Of a stretch of DNA of 64,000 nucleotides, positions 59,274-64,000 are shown piece after piece. Each line of letters opens with the position of its first letter. Position 1 is the first letter of the stretch. The DNA lies in contig CBDCOX010000002.1 in NCBI GenBank assembly GCA_965219995.1, positions 4,096,001 to 4,160,000 on the forward strand, in the 5' to 3' direction. A model generated the notes under the pieces. The model was not told the origin of the DNA and did not search any database. It worked only from the letters and a program-made list of their open reading frames with translations. The translations under genes and the position numbers were made by a program. The DNA is from Candidatus Latescibacterota bacterium. GTDB lineage: Bacteria > Latescibacterota > UBA2968 > GCA-2709665.

Positions 59274-60401
59274 ATGAAGATAACGCCGTTGATTTCACCG
59301 GACGAATTCGTGGGGCTGGACGGGATTACCCATCTCTGCACGGGAGGGGAAAGCCCGTGGCTGAAGGCGCAGGAGTCGGTCTATACCGAATTCGCCCGCC
59401 TGAAAGGTGGAGGATACGACGGGCGGGGCGAGATCTATGACATCGGGGACCGGTGCCGGGGCCGCCTGGGCGAACTGTGGCGCGTGCGGCCGGAGCGGAT
59501 CGCGTTCATGCCGTCCGCGGCCGAGGGGATCAACTGGCTGGCACGGGGGCTGGACTGGCGGGAGGGGGACAACGTGGTGACGACGAACCTGGAGTTTCCG
59601 TCGGTTGCGTACGCGTGGAAGCAGCTGGATGAACTGGGTGTGGAGGTGCGGATGGTCCCGCATCGCGACTGGTTCGTCCACGAGTCGGACCTGCTGGCGG
59701 CCACGGATTCGCGTACCCGCGTGCTGGCCGTGAGCCAGGTGAGTTTTTATACCGGGCAGAATCTGGATCTTGAGCGGCTATCGGAAGGGACGCGAGGCAG
59801 AGGCGTGCTGCTTGCCGCGGACGTGACGCACGCGTCCGGCGTGGTTCGGGTAAACGCCGAAATAACGGATATGACCGTGAGCAGCAGCTACAAGTGGATG
59901 CTGGCGACGCATGGCGTGGCGCCGTGTTATCTGAGCGAGCGGGCCGAGGATCAGACAGGCACAACGTGCTACGGCTGGAGGAACCTGGCGGTGTGGCCCG
60001 CCCAGCGCGCCGAGCGCCATCCCGAAGTGGATGAAAAACCGATGCCCGATCGGATGGAGCCCGGAAATCCGGCCATGATGGTTGTGATGCACCTGGACAA
60101 GGCGCTGGAGGTGTTGATGGCGGTAGGCATCGATCGGATCGATAACCATGCGCGGGACATGTCGGAGCGGGTCAGCGCCGGGCTCGAGCGGCTCGGCCTT
60201 CCGGTGATCAGCCCGAAGGAACGCAATGCGAGGTCCGGCAACACCTGCTTTGCCGTCGACGACGCCAAGGAGTTGGAGATGCAGCTGGCGTCGCACGGGG
60301 TGCTGTGCTGGGGCGAATACGGGCGGCTGCGGGTATCCACGCATTTGTACAACGGCAGCGCGGACGTCGACAGACTGCTGGAGGTCCTCGGGCGGCTGTG
60401 A
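59274..60401 (+). CDS. Class V PLP-dependent aminotransferase (cysteine desulfurase-like)
   Basis: LEFPS, DVTH, SSYKW (PLP lysine), LRVSTHLYN. Confidence 0.88.
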   Translation: MKITPLISPDEFVGLDGITHLCTGGESPWLKAQESVYTEFARLKGGGYDGRGEIYDIGDRCRGRLGELWRVRPERIAFMPSAAEGINWLARGLDWREGDNVVTTNLEFPSVAYAWKQLDELGVEVRMVPHRDWFVHESDLLAATDSRTRVLAVSQVSFYTGQNLDLERLSEGTRGRGVLLAADVTHASGVVRVNAEITDMTVSSSYKWMLATHGVAPCYLSERAEDQTGTTCYGWRNLAVWPAQRAERHPEVDEKPMPDRMEPGNPAMMVVMHLDKALEVLMAVGIDRIDNHARDMSERVSAGLERLGLPVISPKERNARSGNTCFAVDDAKELEMQLASHGVLCWGEYGRLRVSTHLYNGSADVDRLLEVLGRL

Positions 60402-60457
60402 GTCGGGAACGGCCCCTGTCGGGCGGTTGCCGGTTCTTTTCTGGGGAGAACGACAGG

Positions 60458-61288
60458 ATGATGAAACTGGGCTGTATGTCGCTGAGCTACAAGGACCTTT
60501 TCGCGGCCGGAACGATGGACCTTGAGGGGTTTATCGACCGGGCGTACGAACTGAGGCTGGACGGGATCGACGTCCATACACGGGCGTTTTCATCCACGGA
60601 GCCGGGTTACCTGCGGGACATCCGCATGCGATGTCTGAAGCGCGGGCTGGCGATCTCCTATATAGGCGTGAGCAACGACTTCGGCAGACCGGAGCCGGAA
60701 CTTCCCGCTGTGGTTGCAGAGGTGAAAGAATGGGTGGACGTGGCGGCCTTTATGGGGATACCCATGGTGCGGATTTTCGCGGCGTGGGTGCGCGGCGGCG
60801 CGACCGAAGAGGAGGTGTGGGGGCGGATGATGCCATGCATGAAAGAGGTCGCGTCCTACGGAGAAGAGAAGGGTGTCGTGCTGGGTCTGCACAACCACAA
60901 CCACGGGTGCGTCACCCGCACCGGAAAGGACGTGCGTCGCATTATCGAGACCGTGGACAACCCGTATCTTTCGCATATACTGGACACAGGTCAGTACGTC
61001 GGGTCGCCTGGCGCCAGCGGCGCGAACGGCAGGGAGGACCCCGCGCTTGACTTTTACGGCAGCATCGCCGAGACGGCGCCGCTGGCCGTGCACGTGCGCG
61101 CGAAGATTTACAGGATTCAGACCGGCGAGGAGGCCTGGCTGGACTACCCGCGCATTTTCGAGATCCTCAGGGGCGTGGATTTCAACGGCTGGGTTTCAGT
61201 GGTCTATGAAGGGCAGGCCGTGGAGGCGGAGGAGAAGGCGGTTCCGAAAGCGGTGGACTATCTCAGGCGGTTTGTCCCGGGAGGATAG
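60458..61288 (+). CDS. Sugar phosphate isomerase/epimerase (TIM barrel)
   Basis: LGLHNH, LDTG, HVRAK, GW.SV.YEG. Confidence 0.85.
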   Translation: MMKLGCMSLSYKDLFAAGTMDLEGFIDRAYELRLDGIDVHTRAFSSTEPGYLRDIRMRCLKRGLAISYIGVSNDFGRPEPELPAVVAEVKEWVDVAAFMGIPMVRIFAAWVRGGATEEEVWGRMMPCMKEVASYGEEKGVVLGLHNHNHGCVTRTGKDVRRIIETVDNPYLSHILDTGQYVGSPGASGANGREDPALDFYGSIAETAPLAVHVRAKIYRIQTGEEAWLDYPRIFEILRGVDFNGWVSVVYEGQAVEAEEKAVPKAVDYLRRFVPGG

Positions 61289-61386
61289 AGCGCCCGAATT
61301 CAGATCAGCCGCAGGTGCGGCGTCGTGCCAGCGGGGATGACCGGGCCATCGACGAAACACCCGTTCAGTCAAGGGGGACCGGGGCA

Positions 61387-63387
61387 ATGGCCCAGGCGCG
61401 TTCAACGGATCACCGGAACCGTTCGGAAGACCCCGGGTCCGCTCGGGGCGGCATCACCGCGCGGTCCGTGGTTCTGGGTCTGTTGACGGCGGCCGCGTCG
61501 GCCTATTACGGGATTGCCGGGTCGATGGTGCTGCACGTGGGGTCGTTGGTCAAGTCGAACTTCCCCGTGTCGCTGATTCTTGTGTTTACAATCTGGGTGA
61601 TCATCAATATGGTGATCGCCCGGGTTGCGCCCCGCAGCGTGCTTTCCCGCACGGAGATGATGGTCATCTTCGCCATGACGTGGATCGCGGGGATGATGCC
61701 CGGGGTGGGGTGGACGGGGTATATGACGGGGGCGTTGCCCGCGCCGCACTTCTTCGCGACCCCCGAGAATCGCTGGGCGGAACTGTTCCTTGACGAATTG
61801 CCGCACTGGGCGTTCCCCGAGCCCGTACCGGAAATTGTGGACCGGTTCTATTTCGGGTTGCGCAAGGGGGAGTCCGTTCCGTGGGCCGGGTGGCTCGCGC
61901 CGGTGGGCTGGTGGCTGGCCGGAAGCCTCGCCATGGTGGGCGTGGCTTTTTTCGTAACGACGATCTTTCATCGCCAGTGGACCGACGCCGAGCGGCTGAC
62001 CTATCCGCTGGTCAGTTTTCCCACGGACCTGACCGAAGGGATCGGGCGCGGTCGCTGCATTCCCGCGCTCTTTCGGTCTCCGGTGTTCTGGCTGGGCTTT
62101 GCCTGGACCGCCGGGATCATCTGCTGGAATATCATCACGTTCTGGTACCCGCAGGTGCCGCGCGTCACGCTGTTCGATTCGGTGAATACCAAGTGGATGG
62201 TGGTGGCCCAGAATTTTCCGAGGGTCTACTATCGGATTCTGCCGCTCGTGATCGGTCTGGGCTATCTGTGCCGCCTCGATCTGCTGTTCAGTTTCTGGTT
62301 CATGGGCCTGCTGGCGGTGGTGAAGGTGGGCGTGATGAACCGGACCGGATTCACGGTGGGCATGGCGGGGCAGCCCTCCACGGGCAATGAAATCGTCAAC
62401 CTGGAAAGCCACGGCGCAATGACGGTCCTGGTGGTGTGGTCGCTGTGGATGGCCAGGCGTCACCTCGTCTACGTGTGGAAGAAGGCGTGGGAAGGGGGCG
62501 GCGAGGGCGAGGGGCCGGTGTCCTATCGGACCGCGGTGGCGGGTCTGGCGGTTTGCGCGACCTTCGTCTGCGGTTTCTTCATGGCCGTGGGCCTCTCGTT
62601 CAGCCTTGCCCTGGGCCAGATGACGCTGATGTTCATCGCGTATTTCACGGTTGCGAAATACATGGCGGCGACCGGGTTCGGATATCTCGTGCCCGTGGGC
62701 GGCAAGGGCGGCTGGTGGCTCAAGTCCATCACCGGCACGGCGACGATGGACACGCGCAACCTGGTCGGATTGGGGCTTCTGAACAGCAGCGTCTTTTTCG
62801 GAGGGGGAAGGCTGCAGACGATTCAGATGCTGCCGCACCACCTGAAGGCGATGGACCATCTGAAAGCCCGCCGGGGATGGATCGGCGGGACGGTTTTTGT
62901 TGGATTCGTGGTCAGCTTCCTGGTTTGCGTGGGTTTCATCGTCTATTACTGCTATACGGAGTCCGCGCTGTTCCTGCGGTCCTGGACGCTGTGGGAAGGC
63001 CCCCACGGTATTTTCAACGGTCTGGCAACGTCTATCGGCGAAACGGACAGGACCGTATTCGACCCGCAAAAGCTGGGGGTCTGGCTGTTCGGCGCGGCCG
63101 AGGCGGGCCTGCTCGCGCTGCTGCGGACGTGGTTCCCGTGGTGGCCGCTGCACCCGTTGGGTCTGGCGTTCCAGTATACGACGGGCCCCAGGTATTATGT
63201 GTTGAGCATTATGCTCGTGTGGGCGGCCAAGCTGCTGATCGTGCATTACGGCGGCCCAAGGCTGTACGAGAAAGCCAAGCCGTTTTTCTACGGTACGGTG
63301 ATCGGATATTGCGTTGGCATCGGCATCGCACAAGTCGTGGACCTGATCTGGTTTCCCGGTCAGGGGCACGGGTTTCACAATTATTAA
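61387..63387 (+). CDS. Polytopic membrane protein, DUF6785/DUF6784-like putative transporter
   Basis: Many TM helices; RQW...ERLTYPL and WWPLHPLG motifs. Confidence 0.72.
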   Translation: MAQARSTDHRNRSEDPGSARGGITARSVVLGLLTAAASAYYGIAGSMVLHVGSLVKSNFPVSLILVFTIWVIINMVIARVAPRSVLSRTEMMVIFAMTWIAGMMPGVGWTGYMTGALPAPHFFATPENRWAELFLDELPHWAFPEPVPEIVDRFYFGLRKGESVPWAGWLAPVGWWLAGSLAMVGVAFFVTTIFHRQWTDAERLTYPLVSFPTDLTEGIGRGRCIPALFRSPVFWLGFAWTAGIICWNIITFWYPQVPRVTLFDSVNTKWMVVAQNFPRVYYRILPLVIGLGYLCRLDLLFSFWFMGLLAVVKVGVMNRTGFTVGMAGQPSTGNEIVNLESHGAMTVLVVWSLWMARRHLVYVWKKAWEGGGEGEGPVSYRTAVAGLAVCATFVCGFFMAVGLSFSLALGQMTLMFIAYFTVAKYMAATGFGYLVPVGGKGGWWLKSITGTATMDTRNLVGLGLLNSSVFFGGGRLQTIQMLPHHLKAMDHLKARRGWIGGTVFVGFVVSFLVCVGFIVYYCYTESALFLRSWTLWEGPHGIFNGLATSIGETDRTVFDPQKLGVWLFGAAEAGLLALLRTWFPWWPLHPLGLAFQYTTGPRYYVLSIMLVWAAKLLIVHYGGPRLYEKAKPFFYGTVIGYCVGIGIAQVVDLIWFPGQGHGFHNY

Positions 63388-63389
63388 AG

Positions 63390-63520
63390 GGCAGCAATCA
63401 GCTGTTGGCTGTCAGCAATCAGCCTTCAGCTTGAAGCAAAGACAAGAGTCAGCATCAAATTCAAGATCCACATCTCCCCAGATTCCCGAAGGGCGGGTAG
63501 ACGCGAGACGGGAGATGATA
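63390..63520 (+). repeat. Heptamer run plus linker and left arm of the modular repeat (locus 11)
   Basis: CAGCAATCAGC...CAGCAATCAGCCTTCAGC, then ATCAAATTCAAGATCC..TCCCCAGATTCCCGAAGGGCGGGTAGACG; paralogous to 21555-21670. Confidence 0.7.
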
Positions 63521-63784
63521 ACACCGGTCTACAGAAGAACGACATGGCATTGCGACATCAACGAATGGATGACCGGACCCGCGTCCCTGCTCCGGTCGCT
63601 ACCCGCTGTAGCAACACTTGTCGGGAGTGAATCTCACCCGTCGAAGATCCGCGCCTTTTCACGGCGCACTGAATACAACGGGTTACAGGATATCGTCATG
63701 CAGCCCTTTGTGGTGTATTGCTTCTCGGGTAGGCGCTCTATGGAAATATTCAGCCCCTATCTGAATTGAAATCGATTTTACCAC

Positions 63785-63854
63785 TTGACTTCCCGGATCA
63801 TATCCCTTATGTTCCGACGTGCTCAAATATGATAATGAGTTATCATTATCATAT
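63785..63854 (+). promoter_or_regulatory. sigma70 promoter followed by a Fur-box-like palindrome
   Basis: TTGACT-17-TATGTT; ATATGATAATGA-GTTA-TCATTATCATAT at 63827-63854. Confidence 0.6.
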
Positions 63855-63960
63855 AAAGGATTGTTGCTCTCCCTTGATTCGCCGTCAATTCGCGGCAACT
63901 CCAGGCGGTCGGGCGTACTCATCGAACGCCACTGAGGATCACCCTGGGGAGGCGAGCATA

Positions 63961-64000
63961 TTGGACCCGATAACCTTGAGCCAGAAGGCCTTCCAGGCAT
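63961..64000 (+). CDS. 5' end of a gene running off the window (MDPITLSQKAFQA...)
   Basis: GGAGG RBS 7 nt before a TTG, downstream of the promoter and palindrome; only 13 codons visible. Confidence 0.35.
   Translation, partial: MDPITLSQKAFQA

Noticed and set aside
61402-63378. 658-aa minus-strand ORF (also 11329-12654, 2463-3692 and similar)
   Set aside because: Antisense shadows of well-supported genes in high-GC DNA.
63683-64000. 105-aa minus-strand ORF at the window end
   Set aside because: Runs through an AT-rich promoter and operator palindrome; no motif.

Overview
A GC-rich bacterial chromosomal segment with about 45 protein genes, no rRNA, tRNA or CRISPR array, and no intact transposase. 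It contains a WD40/EF-hand protein, two TPR-GWxTD proteins behind an ECF sigma/anti-sigma pair, four PhyH-type dioxygenases, topoisomerase IV parE/parC, many orphan catabolic enzymes, and tandem beta-helix and beta-propeller lipoproteins. This content suggests a Latescibacterota/Gemmatimonadota/Poribacteria-like host-associated bacterium (inference only). Main discoveries: (1) a hidden 396-aa selenoprotein (22127-23317) that the ORF track splits at an in-frame UGA in a C-V-U motif; it resembles the Sec site of eukaryotic selenoprotein N and has a candidate bSECIS hairpin. (2) A modular dispersed repeat family at about 11 intergenic loci, made of heptamer-array arms enclosing interchangeable structured modules. 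(3) A truncated NYN RNase with its own promoter and a highly structured leader RNA, bracketed by direct repeats that include the 3' end of the neighbouring gene. (4) An orphan BrnA antitoxin with a BrnT toxin remnant. (5) An apparent GC-skew switch at a repeat locus near 57.3 kb. All family calls come from motif recognition by eye; no searches were run.
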